A DNA stretch of 64,000 nucleotides from positions 156,046-220,045 of the forward strand of contig JAMCZE010000010.1 of assembly GCA_023485845.1 (NCBI GenBank), in the 5' to 3' direction. Made by a program: the position numbers and the translations under genes. Position 1 is the stretch's first letter. Each line of letters starts with the position of its first letter. This DNA comes from Patescibacteria group bacterium (GTDB lineage Bacteria; Patescibacteriota; Microgenomatia; JAMCZE01). Shown piece after piece: positions 36,562-46,539 of the stretch. The notes below the pieces were generated by a model. The model saw nothing but the letters and a program-made list of their open reading frames with translations. It did no database searches and was not told the origin of the DNA.

Positions 36562-37775
36562 CTCTTTTTTACCCCGATGATGATTTCAATCTCCGCGCTG
36601 GTGGAAGCCAGCGGTTCCACAGCCACGGTTTGATAAGTTTGTAAAAGAAGCGTTTGGAGTCCGGCCACGATTTTCTCCGGAACATCTGACGTCGCTAGGA
36701 TCTTTGTCGTGGTGAAACCCGCCGAGGTGGCGTTTTTGGCGTCCAAAACAGTGTAGCCGTCGCCCTTAAGCGTGTCCGCCAATCGGCCCGCTTCTCCAGT
36801 CACCAGTGTTCCATTAAGAACACGGACCGGATAATCGGAAATCTTGGGTTCGGGGGCTGGCGGTGGGGCTGGCTGCTCAACGACTGGTGAGGGCGTCTCT
36901 GGTTTTTGCTGCCCGACAGTCTTTATAATCACGGCCGTTAAGAGCGCCCCGACAATAATAGCCGCTAAAAGCAGAAGAACTTTTTTGCTTGGCCGGCCGG
37001 CAGGCAGATTGGGCAACCTAAAATTAAATCTCCGACCAGTGCGGGCGGAAAGATTAACAATTTGGTCATAAATATCCGTTGTTGCCAAAGGGGTGATTTC
37101 CAGCCCTTGCTGGGTCCGCAATTTATTAGCTGTTTCCGGGTCAAACACCCCGACGGTGTAGGCTTTTTTGATCCCGTCAAGATTATGATTGGCGACAAAC
37201 TCGCCAAATCGGGTAACAAAAACACTTTTTTCAAAAGCGGCAATCTCGGAAACCGCCCCGTTGAGCGCCACCGCCACAGCAATCTCCTTGTCAAACGAGG
37301 CTAATAGCAAATATTGTCCCTGTTGGGGCAAACCGGTTATCAACACATTAAGGGCACTTTTCACCGCCACCACCTTTTTGCCCGATTCCAAAAAAGGTTT
37401 TTGCAAATCTTCGACCAATTTTTTTTCAAAAGCAACATAAGTTATTTTGTCCTTGCCTAACTGATTATTGGAGATGACTAATTCTTCCTTAAAATAGGGC
37501 AGGGACTGGACAAAACCGTCCACCGGATCGGTGGCGGGCAGGGTTTTAGTGAAAGTTTTGTCCGCCGGCAAAAACAGCGTCACTTCCGGGTCTTCCCGCA
37601 GAGCGTCTTTTTGGGAAAAGGCCATTTTCAATTGGCCGGAAAACTTGGCAGCGTCAGCCACATAAGCATCGCGCAGCACCTCAGGGGAGAAACTGATCTG
37701 GCCGGCAAACAAGCGTGTGCTGCCTTTATAAGCCAATAGTTTCACATTGTCCTTCTCCAGAAAGGCCACTAACAT
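36558..37775 (-). CDS. membrane protein with a C-terminal LytR_C domain
   Basis: TM helix near residue 250, a Pro-rich linker, then YPVRVLNGTLVTGEAGRLADTLKGDGYTV (LytR_C-like). Confidence 0.55.
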   Translation of the reverse strand: MLVAFLEKDNVKLLAYKGSTRLFAGQISFSPEVLRDAYVADAAKFSGQLKMAFSQKDALREDPEVTLFLPADKTFTKTLPATDPVDGFVQSLPYFKEELVISNNQLGKDKITYVAFEKKLVEDLQKPFLESGKKVVAVKSALNVLITGLPQQGQYLLLASFDKEIAVAVALNGAVSEIAAFEKSVFVTRFGEFVANHNLDGIKKAYTVGVFDPETANKLRTQQGLEITPLATTDIYDQIVNLSARTGRRFNFRLPNLPAGRPSKKVLLLLAAIIVGALLTAVIIKTVGQQKPETPSPVVEQPAPPPAPEPKISDYPVRVLNGTLVTGEAGRLADTLKGDGYTVLDAKNATSAGFTTTKILATSDVPEKIVAGLQTLLLQTYQTVAVEPLASTSAEIEIIIGVKKS

Positions 37776-37787
37776 AGCAGTTCTAGT

Positions 37788-38411
37788 CTAGATAAAGTTT
37801 TTAACAAAAGCAAGTCGGTGAAAGCGGCTTGGGCCGTGCTTTTTAATCGCGGCGATGTGTTTCGCCGTTCCATACCCCTTATTTTGGCGCCAGCCATAGA
37901 CACTGCGCTTTTTCATTAATCTGTCCCGGTGAACCTTGGCAATAATGGAAGCGGCGGCGATGGAAAGAGACTTTTGGTCGCCCTTAATAATGGCTCTTTG
38001 ATTGGCCAGTCCCACGCCGGGAATATATTTAATATGGAAAGCGTCCACTAACACAAATTGACGATCCCCGGCCACCTGGGCCACGGCGCTTCGCATGGCT
38101 TTAGCTGTCGCCTTGACAATGCCGTGCTTATTAATAAAGCTCACACTTGCCTCCCCAATCCCCCAGGCCGCGTTCTGTTTAATTATTTTCGCCAGTTCTT
38201 CCCTTTTCTTCGCCGACAGTCTCTTCGAGTCATCAATCTCGTCTAAAAAAGAACCGTTCTTAAAAAGAACAGTTCTTTTTAAGCTAACCGCCCCCGCCAC
38301 GACCGGGCCAGCCAGGGCTCCCCGCCCCACTTCGTCCACCCCGATTACCGTTTTATATCCTCGCCGCCAGGCCTGTTTCTCAAAACCGAAATCCGGTTTT
38401 TTGCTAATCAT
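37788..38411 (-). CDS. rnhB: ribonuclease HII
   Basis: VIGVDEVGRGALAGPVVAGAV active-site region. 207 aa. Confidence 0.9.
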   Translation of the reverse strand: MISKKPDFGFEKQAWRRGYKTVIGVDEVGRGALAGPVVAGAVSLKRTVLFKNGSFLDEIDDSKRLSAKKREELAKIIKQNAAWGIGEASVSFINKHGIVKATAKAMRSAVAQVAGDRQFVLVDAFHIKYIPGVGLANQRAIIKGDQKSLSIAAASIIAKVHRDRLMKKRSVYGWRQNKGYGTAKHIAAIKKHGPSRFHRLAFVKNFI

Positions 38412-38433
38412 CAGCCAATTTTAGCACTCCAAC

Positions 38434-38790
38434 TTGACAAATCGACTATCAAGATGGAAAATGCCATTAATGACAATTAGGGAAAGAAATCGCATTTTAC
38501 ATGGGGTTGACAAGTTAGCTGATAAAAGTGCCAAGGTTGCTTTTAAGTCCGAGGAAAAGGATCAGCCTGTCCACTCTATTAAATCATTATTAGCAGGACT
38601 TGACGGGCTAAAAGGTTATAGTGAGGTAGCGACTTCCTGTAATAGACTTGGGCTGTTGACTTCAGAGGAGAAAGAAGTAGTCGGTGACCACATAAAAGCA
38701 ACACGAAGCGCACTTTCCCACGCCGTTGATGAGGCCTTAACCGATGAGCGGCTTAGGGTCCGGGCGGCTAAGTCCAAAAAGTCCTCTTGA
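38434..38790 (+). CDS. hypothetical protein (118 aa)
   Basis: ORF only. Confidence 0.3.
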   Translation: MTNRLSRWKMPLMTIRERNRILHGVDKLADKSAKVAFKSEEKDQPVHSIKSLLAGLDGLKGYSEVATSCNRLGLLTSEEKEVVGDHIKATRSALSHAVDEALTDERLRVRAAKSKKSS

Positions 38791-38856
38791 TTTCCTAATT
38801 AAGGCAGAGTATACTAGCCCTTGACAACTCCGGAAGGAGTATTTTTTTAGGCTTAT

Positions 38857-39087
38857 ATGGCCAATATTGGCGACAATTTCACGATCACCAGACCGGATTT
38901 TGGCAAGAACCCGGTGGTGTTTTTTCAGGAAGTCAAAGCCGAGTTGTCCAAAGTGATTTGGCCAAAGCGCCCGGAGCTTATTAAACTGACCGCGGTGGTC
39001 ATCGGCGTTTCTGCCCTTGTCGCCGCCTATTTAGGCGGGTTAGACTATATATTTTCTAAAGGGATAGAATTACTGTTAAAAAAGTAG
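38857..39087 (+). CDS. secE: preprotein translocase subunit SecE
   Basis: FQEVKAELSKVIWPKRPELIKLTAVVIGVSALVAAYL. Position immediately upstream of nusG. Confidence 0.75.
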   Translation: MANIGDNFTITRPDFGKNPVVFFQEVKAELSKVIWPKRPELIKLTAVVIGVSALVAAYLGGLDYIFSKGIELLLKK

Positions 39088-39110
39088 CACAATTTAAAAT
39101 TTGTAAAGGT

Positions 39111-39677
39111 ATGGACGATCAGACTCAACAGACAACTCAGGAGGTCATTCCCGACAATGCCCGGTGGTACGTGCTGCACACATATTCCGGTCATGAGAAC
39201 AAGGTGGCGGCGGCAATCCGCCAGCGCGTGGACGCGATGAAAATTGTGGGGCGCGTGTTTGACATTTTGGTGCCCACCCGGGAGATTGTGACCGTGAAGC
39301 GGGGCAAGAAAGAGGAAGTTAAGGAAAAGATTTTTCCGGGCTATATCCTGGTCCGCATGATTTTGGATGATGATTCCTGGCTGGTCGTCCGGACCACTCC
39401 CGGTGTCACCTCCTTTGTTGGCACCGGCAACCGGCCCACGCCGTTGTCAGAAAAAGAAGTCGACGCGATCATGAAGTTTTCCGCCCTGGCGGCGCCGAAA
39501 TTCAAGTCCACCTTCTCCGCCGGCGAAGCGGTCAAAATTGTGGACGGCCCATTTGCCGACTTTTTGGGCACGGTGGAAAGTCTGGACGACGCGCGAGGAA
39601 AAGTCAAAGTGCTAGTAAGCATATTTGGCCGAGAGACACCAGTGGAACTCGACTTTTTGCAAGTCTCAAAACTTTAA
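39111..39677 (+). CDS. nusG: transcription antitermination factor NusG
   Basis: NGN domain (WYVLHTYSGHENKV) plus KOW motif (GEAVKIVDGPFADFLGTV). Confidence 0.9.
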   Translation: MDDQTQQTTQEVIPDNARWYVLHTYSGHENKVAAAIRQRVDAMKIVGRVFDILVPTREIVTVKRGKKEEVKEKIFPGYILVRMILDDDSWLVVRTTPGVTSFVGTGNRPTPLSEKEVDAIMKFSALAAPKFKSTFSAGEAVKIVDGPFADFLGTVESLDDARGKVKVLVSIFGRETPVELDFLQVSKL

Positions 39678-39678
39678 A

Positions 39679-40104
39679 ATGGCCAAGAAAGTTAAAACAA
39701 TCATTAAATTAAATTTGAAGGCCGGGGAAGCCACTCCTGCCCCGCCGGTGGGTCCGGCATTGGGCCAGCACGGGCTGCCGATCATGGACTTTGTCCGGGC
39801 CTACAACGAAAAAACCGCCGACAAAAAAGGCCAGGTTATTCCAGCCGTGATCACGGTTTATGAAGACCGAACGTTTTCTTTTGTCACCAAACTGCCGCCG
39901 GTGTCCGAACTGATTAAGAAAGAATTAAAACTAGAGCACGGGTCAAAAAAACCAGGCCGGGAAGAGGCGGGCGTGTTAACCACGGCTGCGGCTAAAATCA
40001 TCGCTAAAGTTAAAATGCAGGATCTTAATGCCGACGGCGACCTTGAGGCGGCCACAAAAATCGTCCAAGGCACAGCAAGAAGCATGGGGATACGCACAGA
40101 ATGA
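39679..40104 (+). CDS. rplK: 50S ribosomal protein L11
   Basis: MAKKVKTIIKLNLKAGEATPAPPVGPALGQHG. The start was chosen at the internal ATG at 39679. Confidence 0.95.
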   Translation: MAKKVKTIIKLNLKAGEATPAPPVGPALGQHGLPIMDFVRAYNEKTADKKGQVIPAVITVYEDRTFSFVTKLPPVSELIKKELKLEHGSKKPGREEAGVLTTAAAKIIAKVKMQDLNADGDLEAATKIVQGTARSMGIRTE

Positions 40105-40120
40105 GCAATGAGCAATAACT

Positions 40121-40873
40121 ATGGGAAAAATTAAAACTGTCAAAATGGGTGATTTGGAAGCAGAAGAGAAAGCTCGGGAGAAAGCCGAGGTCAAACGTGA
40201 GCAAAAGAAAGCAGCCAAGGGAGAGATAAAAGAAGAAAAGCCAGAGACTAAAATCAAGAAAAAAGAGATCAAAAAAGCAGGCCGCGGCAAGAGATATCTT
40301 GAGGTGCGAAGCCTGGTTGACACCAAGAAAAAATATTCGATTGCGCAGGCGGTGGAATTAGTCAAGAAAACCTCAATTTCCAAGTTTGACGGCGCGGTGG
40401 AAGTGCACATTAATGTGGCAGACAACCTGCCTGCCGGCAGGCAGGGGGCTTTGCGCGGCAGTGTTGCTCTCCCCCACGGCGCGGGCAAACAGGTGCGCGT
40501 CCGCGTTGCTGACGACGAGCTAATTGCTAATCCAAAAATCGATTTTGACATTTTAGTTGCCAGTCCGGAGATGATGCCAAAACTGGCCAAGATCGCCAAA
40601 ATCCTCGGCCCGCGGGGGCTGATGCCCAACCCAAAGAACGGCACCATTGGTGATGATCCGGAAAAACTGGCCCTTCGACTCCGCTCTGGGCAGCAAAGCT
40701 GGAAAACGGAGACCGCTGCCCCGATTATTCACACCATTATCGGCAAAGTCTCCTTTGAACCCAAAAAACTGGAAGAAAACTTTTCCGCGTTGACAAAATC
40801 GGTCGGAACGGATAAAATAAAATCGCTTTTTATCAAAGCGACCATGGGGCCGAGTATTCAACTCGAACTCTAA
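40121..40873 (+). CDS. rplA: 50S ribosomal protein L1
   Basis: LRGSVALPHGAGK and ASPEMMPKLAKIAKILGPRGLMPNPK motifs. Confidence 0.95.
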   Translation: MGKIKTVKMGDLEAEEKAREKAEVKREQKKAAKGEIKEEKPETKIKKKEIKKAGRGKRYLEVRSLVDTKKKYSIAQAVELVKKTSISKFDGAVEVHINVADNLPAGRQGALRGSVALPHGAGKQVRVRVADDELIANPKIDFDILVASPEMMPKLAKIAKILGPRGLMPNPKNGTIGDDPEKLALRLRSGQQSWKTETAAPIIHTIIGKVSFEPKKLEENFSALTKSVGTDKIKSLFIKATMGPSIQLEL

Positions 40874-40936
40874 AGCGACGAGCAAGTCGCGATTCCAGAG
40901 ACCGTAAGCGTTAACTAAGTCTTACGCAGGAAATAT

Positions 40937-41431
40937 ATGGCAAACCAAAAAAACATTGATATTGTTTCTTCACTCTCGGAAAAACTTTCCCGGGCAAAAT
41001 CTGTCGTCCTCACCGACTACCGCGGCCTGACCCACAAACAATCGGAAGAACTGCACCGCGCCGTTAAAAAAGTCGGCGGTGAATATGTTATTGCCAAAAA
41101 CTCCCTTTTAAAAATAGCCTGCCTGCCGGCAGGCAGGCCGGTGCCCAATTTGACGGAGCCAACGGGAGCGCTCCTGGCTTATGACGACGCCCTGGCCCCC
41201 CTTAAGGAGCTGTTCAAAACCGTCAAGACTCTGGGGATTCCCAAAGTGAAGTTTGGTTTTATTGAAAACAAGGAGTACTCCGGTAGCGAAATTGAGACTA
41301 TCGCCAAAATCCCCTCTCGGGAAATCCTGCTGGGACAACTTGTTTTTACTCTGAACTACAACATTCAACAATTAGCATATGTTCTCGATCAAGTTAAAAA
41401 TCAAAAGTCAAAAGTCAAAAATTCAAGTTAA
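40937..41431 (+). CDS. rplJ: 50S ribosomal protein L10
   Basis: Position and sequence (VVLTDYRGLTHKQSEELHRAV...VIAKNSLL). Confidence 0.9.
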   Translation: MANQKNIDIVSSLSEKLSRAKSVVLTDYRGLTHKQSEELHRAVKKVGGEYVIAKNSLLKIACLPAGRPVPNLTEPTGALLAYDDALAPLKELFKTVKTLGIPKVKFGFIENKEYSGSEIETIAKIPSREILLGQLVFTLNYNIQQLAYVLDQVKNQKSKVKNSS

Positions 41432-41463
41432 AATTTTTAATTTTGTGTGAGAGGTGGTGAATT

Positions 41464-41850
41464 ATGTCTGACAAGATTACTAAAATTATTGAGGAGGTTG
41501 ACAAACTGACGGTCATTGAACTGTCGGAGCTGGTGAAAGCGCTGGAGGAAAAATTTGGCGTTTCCGCGGCCCCGTTGGCGGTGGCCAGTGCCCCGGTCGG
41601 CGAAGCGGGGACGAGCGCAGCTGATGCTCCCGAACAAACGACTTTCAATGTGGTTCTCACCAACGCGGGCGCCAATAAGATTTCGGTTATTAAAGCCGTT
41701 CGGGAAGTGGTTCCCACTCTAGGACTGGCCGAAGCCAAGACTCTGGTGGAATCCGCCCCGAAAGAGGTAGTGACCGGCGTCAATAAAGAAACTGCCCAGG
41801 AGGCCAAAACAAAACTGGAAGCCGCCGGAGCAACGGTGGAATTAAAGTGA
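41464..41850 (+). CDS. rplL: 50S ribosomal protein L7/L12
   Basis: [29 protein letters not shown]...[31 protein letters not shown]. Confidence 0.95.
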   Translation: MSDKITKIIEEVDKLTVIELSELVKALEEKFGVSAAPLAVASAPVGEAGTSAADAPEQTTFNVVLTNAGANKISVIKAVREVVPTLGLAEAKTLVESAPKEVVTGVNKETAQEAKTKLEAAGATVELK

Positions 41851-41868
41851 AATTAAAAGTAAAAGAAG

Positions 41869-42084
41869 TTAAGCGGTTTTTTGCTCGATTCCCAAGAGCC
41901 AAAGGACCGCTTCTTTTTTGTAGCGCCGATCCCCCCGGGAGTTAATGCGCAGGGGAACCAGTTTCCCTCTTTTGCCCCAGCGCTTAATCGTTAAAATGGA
42001 AACCCGAAAAATGCTGGCCACCTCTTTGACCGTTAAAAGATCTGGTAAGTTATCAAGTGATAGCTTTTGAGCAACATCAGGCAT
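41869..42084 (-). CDS. excisionase/MerR-type HTH DNA-binding protein
   Basis: LTVKEVASIFRVSILTIKRWGKRGKL (HTH_17-like). 71 aa. Confidence 0.55.
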   Translation of the reverse strand: MPDVAQKLSLDNLPDLLTVKEVASIFRVSILTIKRWGKRGKLVPLRINSRGDRRYKKEAVLWLLGIEQKTA

Positions 42085-42250
42085 AGAACTATACTTTTCT
42101 AATTGTTTATATAACCAAACACATCATCTGTCAAGACACAAAATCAATAAAAAAAATTATTTTAAAATTTCGAGCGAATAAAAAGCGCAGACGAGGTACC
42201 GCGAGCGAAGCGAAGTGGTCAAAGAGCGAGCATTCTTATTGCGAGAAATT

Positions 42251-43186
42251 TTAGATTGCCGCTTTATACTCCTCCGCTGCTTGTTTCGGATCGACAATGT
42301 TGACCGACAGTCCCGTTCCCAATTCCAATCCCGCCCGGTGAATCAACCGCGGGATAATGCGCAAATACCAATCCAGGCCGTGATAAATATAGAAATTATA
42401 GGGAATGTCCGTCTCTCCCTTGAACTTGCCAACCACCACCTTCAAAATTTTTTGCAGCAACGCCGCCAAGTCGGCAATTTGCTCGTCAGTAATCTGACCA
42501 AAATTAAAATTATTCGCATTAATTTGCTCTTGATTCGCATCCATTCGCATGTTTGGTGAGACCCAAATCTCATATGGCCATTGGGAGAAATTGGGACAGT
42601 AGGCGGTGAAACGCGTCGTTTGCGCGACCACATTTTCCACCGGCTCCTTTGGCAGCGTTTCCAAACTAATTTCCCGCGGCACCACGACCAGCTGGGAATG
42701 GGGATGGCCTAGACTGGCCCCGGCGTGAATGTCGTGGTTATTAAAAACAAGGACAGTTCCAAATTGTTTATTATAGTTATACCGCGCCCGGTAGGTCTGC
42801 AAAATCAGTTCAACTTGAGATAGCGGCAGTTCATCAATGTCTTTGTTGTGATCCGGGCTGTGGATAATCACCTCGTGTATGTCGGTTAAGGGATACTTAT
42901 TAGTAATAACGCGGACTTGCCACGGATCTCCCACGCTGAATAATTCCTTATTCAACTCTTCCTGTCCCGGGCAAAATGGACACAGTTTAGACGAACCAGA
43001 CGATTTGTCAGACAAACCAGACGCACTCGCGGAAATTTCCTGTCCATCGTCTGCTCGCCGTCTCATCATCGTCTGATTTCCCGTCTGATTATCTGGTACC
43101 GATGGATTATCGTGGGGTCTCTTCACTCGCCCCGGGGCAATTATTACCCAGCGATTGGTCTTGGTGTCATGAACAAATCTCGCCAT
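42251..43186 (-). CDS. galactose-1-phosphate uridylyltransferase-like (HIT superfamily, GalT family)
   Basis: CPFCPGQEE zinc motif and the HPHSQ (HxHxQ) nucleotidyl-histidine motif. Contains a low-complexity insert. Confidence 0.65.
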   Translation of the reverse strand: MARFVHDTKTNRWVIIAPGRVKRPHDNPSVPDNQTGNQTMMRRRADDGQEISASASGLSDKSSGSSKLCPFCPGQEELNKELFSVGDPWQVRVITNKYPLTDIHEVIIHSPDHNKDIDELPLSQVELILQTYRARYNYNKQFGTVLVFNNHDIHAGASLGHPHSQLVVVPREISLETLPKEPVENVVAQTTRFTAYCPNFSQWPYEIWVSPNMRMDANQEQINANNFNFGQITDEQIADLAALLQKILKVVVGKFKGETDIPYNFYIYHGLDWYLRIIPRLIHRAGLELGTGLSVNIVDPKQAAEEYKAAI

Positions 43187-43189
43187 AAT

Positions 43190-44089
43190 TTATTGGCACT
43201 CCCCTTTCGTCTTAATTATTTCCCCATTATCAATCTGGACACAATAGTCTTCTCCGGTAGTCTTGTCAGGAATAACAATCCCCTTGCCCACCGAGAGCTG
43301 GCCGGAAATGGTGGCATCACCGGCGACATTAAGATTACTATTAACAGTCACCAGGCCGGTGAGGCTGGAAATTTCCGCTTTGATGTCGTCAAAATGCAGG
43401 AACCCAACTTGCAAATTTCCCCCAATGGTGGTGTTAGCCAATTGGGCGTCGCCGATTACCGTGAGCTGGCCGGAAATGGTGGCCAGGTCCGCAGAAAGAG
43501 AGGCAAACGAGCTGGAGAGTGGGAGAGCAGGTAAGACGGAAAGTAAGGAACTTACCTGCTCTCCTGCTAACCTGCTTCCCGACTCGTCTTCGTGCCAGCC
43601 CGGGTTCACTTTCACCAACACTGTCCCGTCGGGCTGCTGGCCCGCCACCGCGATGCCGACAATATAGCCTCTGGTTGTCTGTTTTTGGCCATATCCATTA
43701 TTTACCACGCCGATGGCATCACCGGGGGTAATCATAGCAGAGCCGGTGGCAATTTTAACGGGGATCTGGCCGATCATGCCCACAATCACTTTGTTATCAC
43801 CGGGAATTCCACCCAAAAAACCGGTGTGGGCGGAAACCACACCAACAATCCTAGCACTGTCGCTAGCGGTGCACGGTGCCACACCACTAGCTCCCTGGCA
43901 CATAATCGTCCCTTCATTGGGCAACTTACTTGCTAGTGTCATATATTCTCCAAAATCTGCTACCCCTTGGACGGCGTAAGCAATTCCGCTAGTGCCGTTT
44001 GCCTGGATGCTGCCAATGTTTACCCCGTTGAGATCCAGGAAATTAAGAAAGTGAGAGGTTGAATTTAACGTTGTCGAATCCAACTTCAC
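43190..44089 (-). CDS. hypothetical secreted beta-helix-like protein
   Basis: Repetitive Gly/Thr-rich sequence. C-terminal CVQIDNGEIIKTKGEC. Confidence 0.4.
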   Translation of the reverse strand: MKLDSTTLNSTSHFLNFLDLNGVNIGSIQANGTSGIAYAVQGVADFGEYMTLASKLPNEGTIMCQGASGVAPCTASDSARIVGVVSAHTGFLGGIPGDNKVIVGMIGQIPVKIATGSAMITPGDAIGVVNNGYGQKQTTRGYIVGIAVAGQQPDGTVLVKVNPGWHEDESGSRLAGEQVSSLLSVLPALPLSSSFASLSADLATISGQLTVIGDAQLANTTIGGNLQVGFLHFDDIKAEISSLTGLVTVNSNLNVAGDATISGQLSVGKGIVIPDKTTGEDYCVQIDNGEIIKTKGECQ

Positions 44090-44091
44090 CG

Positions 44092-46539
44092 TTAATCCGG
44101 TAATCCGGAGATATTAGAATTGGTGGAAGTATTTTCAACAAAGGCTGAACTCGTCGACGTGCTCGAACTTACCACATCTAAAACCGTTCTCGGTGTCGTC
44201 GTTCCGATCCCCACATTGCCACTTTGTTTAACTACAAAACGGGAAAGTCCTGACGATGAAGCCGTGAAGAGGTCGCCAATGGAATTATCGACAACTAATG
44301 CTGCTTTACTTGTTGCCCCGGAAACAGTTGCCACAGGCAATGTGCCTGATAAAGCCCGAATATCAAGTGTGCCCAAATAGGAGCTTGTCCCAATGCCGAC
44401 ACTGCCTAAGGTATAGATTGGGGGGGTGCTATTAACCACATCGCCAATTCCTATGCTCCAGGCACTTAATAATGACAGGTCGGCTACGTTCCGAGCAAAT
44501 ATCAAATTATATGGAGGACCAGAAGCATCAAACGTGTTGGTGATCGAATACAAACCCCCGGGCACTGCCGTCCCACCGCCAAAATAACTGGTAGTGAGAA
44601 TACTGGTAACTTCCCCCGTTTTTGGAGCCAAAATCAATTGCGGGATGATTCCCGCCGCTTGTGGGGCCCGGATTTCTACCCGACCAGTTGGCGTTGTCGT
44701 TCCGATCCCCACATTCCCGTTCTGGGTAATCACAAAGCGAGAGAGGCCGGAGGAGGAGGCAGTGAAAAGGTCGCCAATACCTTTATTATCCACGATTAAA
44801 CTGGCCATTGCCGTCTGACCGGAAATGGAGGCCACGGGGGTAATCCCGGAATTGCCCCGAAGATCCAAAGTGCCCAGAGGCAGGGTTGTCCCAATTCCTA
44901 AGTTGCCAGAGCTATCCAGTCTCATTCGCTCCACTGCCACGGAACCATTTCCGGTATAAAAGGCCAAGACTCTAGTGTCAGGCAAACCGATTCCCGCCCC
45001 GCCGGCGGCCAACGTCGTTGATACGCCGGGACCAAAGGCCAAGCCGGGCACAGTTGCGCCAAAAGTGGAATTATCAAAGGAAAATCGCGGTTGTGCCTCG
45101 GTGGTGTAATACCCCGCAAGTGTACCAGCGGTGCCACTGGTAGTAAACCGGATATTGACTCCTGTCGTTGAGCCAATTTGAAATTGAGTTAACGGCGTTG
45201 TTGTCCCAATTCCCACATTCCCCGTCCCAGCCACGTAGAGACCTAATGTATTATTTGGATAGAGTTTAACCCCACCAGTGGTAGCACCACCAAGAACCAG
45301 ATCGGCCATACTGGTAGTTCCAATCGATGGTGTGTTATAAACGGTTAAAGCACCGGAAATGGAGGCAGTAGAGTCACTCTTAAAAATAGCTCCATTCACA
45401 GTCACCGAGGCGCCGTTAATGAGAGTAGCCGCGCCATTGCGACCGATGGTTAGCGATGTCTGATTAGCTGTGCCAATCCCCAGAGTACCTGTGGCATCAA
45501 GGGTCTGTGAACCGGTGAGATTAATATTGCCAGCAGTAACGGTTATCCCGTTAGAAACTAGCAGACCAGAGGCGCCACTGATGGTTACCAAGCTGCCATT
45601 ATCAGTGATTGTGGAATCAGCAATCGTTGTCGCATCCGAGAATTTAGCTAAATAGTTTGCCGTTCCCGATCCGTTGATCGTTCCGGTGGGACAATTGCCG
45701 GAAGTGAGACATATCGTTCCGGTTTGATCGGGTACCGTTATTTGGCTGCCGGACCCAACCACAATTTGGCCCGATGCTGCCGGCAAAGTGAGCGAGGTGA
45801 TGCTAATGTCACTTGCCAGAGCCAAACTTGTGCTGCCACCCAGACTGACATCGCCGCCGCCGGAAAGATTGGACCCGGCCGTCACCGTCACTTTGGAATT
45901 GGCCAGAGCGGAATTAGGAATGTTCGTGAAAGTGTTCGCCGAGCCGGAGAGAGATTTATTCGTTAGAGTCTGGGTGCTATCGGGAAGAACCAAAGTCCCA
46001 GCCGTTAGGGTTAAATTGGCGAAAGTGGGGGTCGAGGTGGTCGTCAGGGGCTGATCCAATCCAGCAGCATATTGCAAGTTATTGGCAGTTAAATTGCCAT
46101 TCACCGTGACATCGGTGTTTACTTCTAAAAATTGTCCGCTGGGGGTGGCTGTAGCGAGAACGGAACCACCCGGGATGTTTCTCAAGACGTGGTCTTGTTC
46201 GACAAGACCACGTCTTATAAAGATTCCCCCGATTATCAGCCCCGCCAGAACAGCAAAAACAGGCAAAGCAATCTTCTTGTATATAGTAGTCTTTGGCGCC
46301 ACAAAAGAAATTTCTTCCATCGGCGCTTCCACCACCACTGGCTTGATCCACTCTTCGGGCGCCGGCGGCGGGGTGCTTGGCGGCAAGGGTGGCTTGGGAA
46401 ACTGTGTCACGTCATAAACCCTTGTTCCTCCGGGGGTGCGGACGGAGAGCAGTTTACCGGAGTTGCTCCAGCGCCGCACGGTGTCGATGGAAACACCCAG
46501 GATCTTTGCCGCTTCACCTATCTTAACAGTCTGCTTCAT
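44092..46539 (-). CDS. large repetitive surface protein with an N-terminal HTH domain and TM anchor
   Basis: The start was chosen at MKQTVKIGEAAKILGVSIDTVRRW (HTH). One TM helix follows, then about 700 aa of G/T/S-rich repeats (GNVGIGTTTP). Confidence 0.55.
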   Translation of the reverse strand: MKQTVKIGEAAKILGVSIDTVRRWSNSGKLLSVRTPGGTRVYDVTQFPKPPLPPSTPPPAPEEWIKPVVVEAPMEEISFVAPKTTIYKKIALPVFAVLAGLIIGGIFIRRGLVEQDHVLRNIPGGSVLATATPSGQFLEVNTDVTVNGNLTANNLQYAAGLDQPLTTTSTPTFANLTLTAGTLVLPDSTQTLTNKSLSGSANTFTNIPNSALANSKVTVTAGSNLSGGGDVSLGGSTSLALASDISITSLTLPAASGQIVVGSGSQITVPDQTGTICLTSGNCPTGTINGSGTANYLAKFSDATTIADSTITDNGSLVTISGASGLLVSNGITVTAGNINLTGSQTLDATGTLGIGTANQTSLTIGRNGAATLINGASVTVNGAIFKSDSTASISGALTVYNTPSIGTTSMADLVLGGATTGGVKLYPNNTLGLYVAGTGNVGIGTTTPLTQFQIGSTTGVNIRFTTSGTAGTLAGYYTTEAQPRFSFDNSTFGATVPGLAFGPGVSTTLAAGGAGIGLPDTRVLAFYTGNGSVAVERMRLDSSGNLGIGTTLPLGTLDLRGNSGITPVASISGQTAMASLIVDNKGIGDLFTASSSGLSRFVITQNGNVGIGTTTPTGRVEIRAPQAAGIIPQLILAPKTGEVTSILTTSYFGGGTAVPGGLYSITNTFDASGPPYNLIFARNVADLSLLSAWSIGIGDVVNSTPPIYTLGSVGIGTSSYLGTLDIRALSGTLPVATVSGATSKAALVVDNSIGDLFTASSSGLSRFVVKQSGNVGIGTTTPRTVLDVVSSSTSTSSAFVENTSTNSNISGLPD

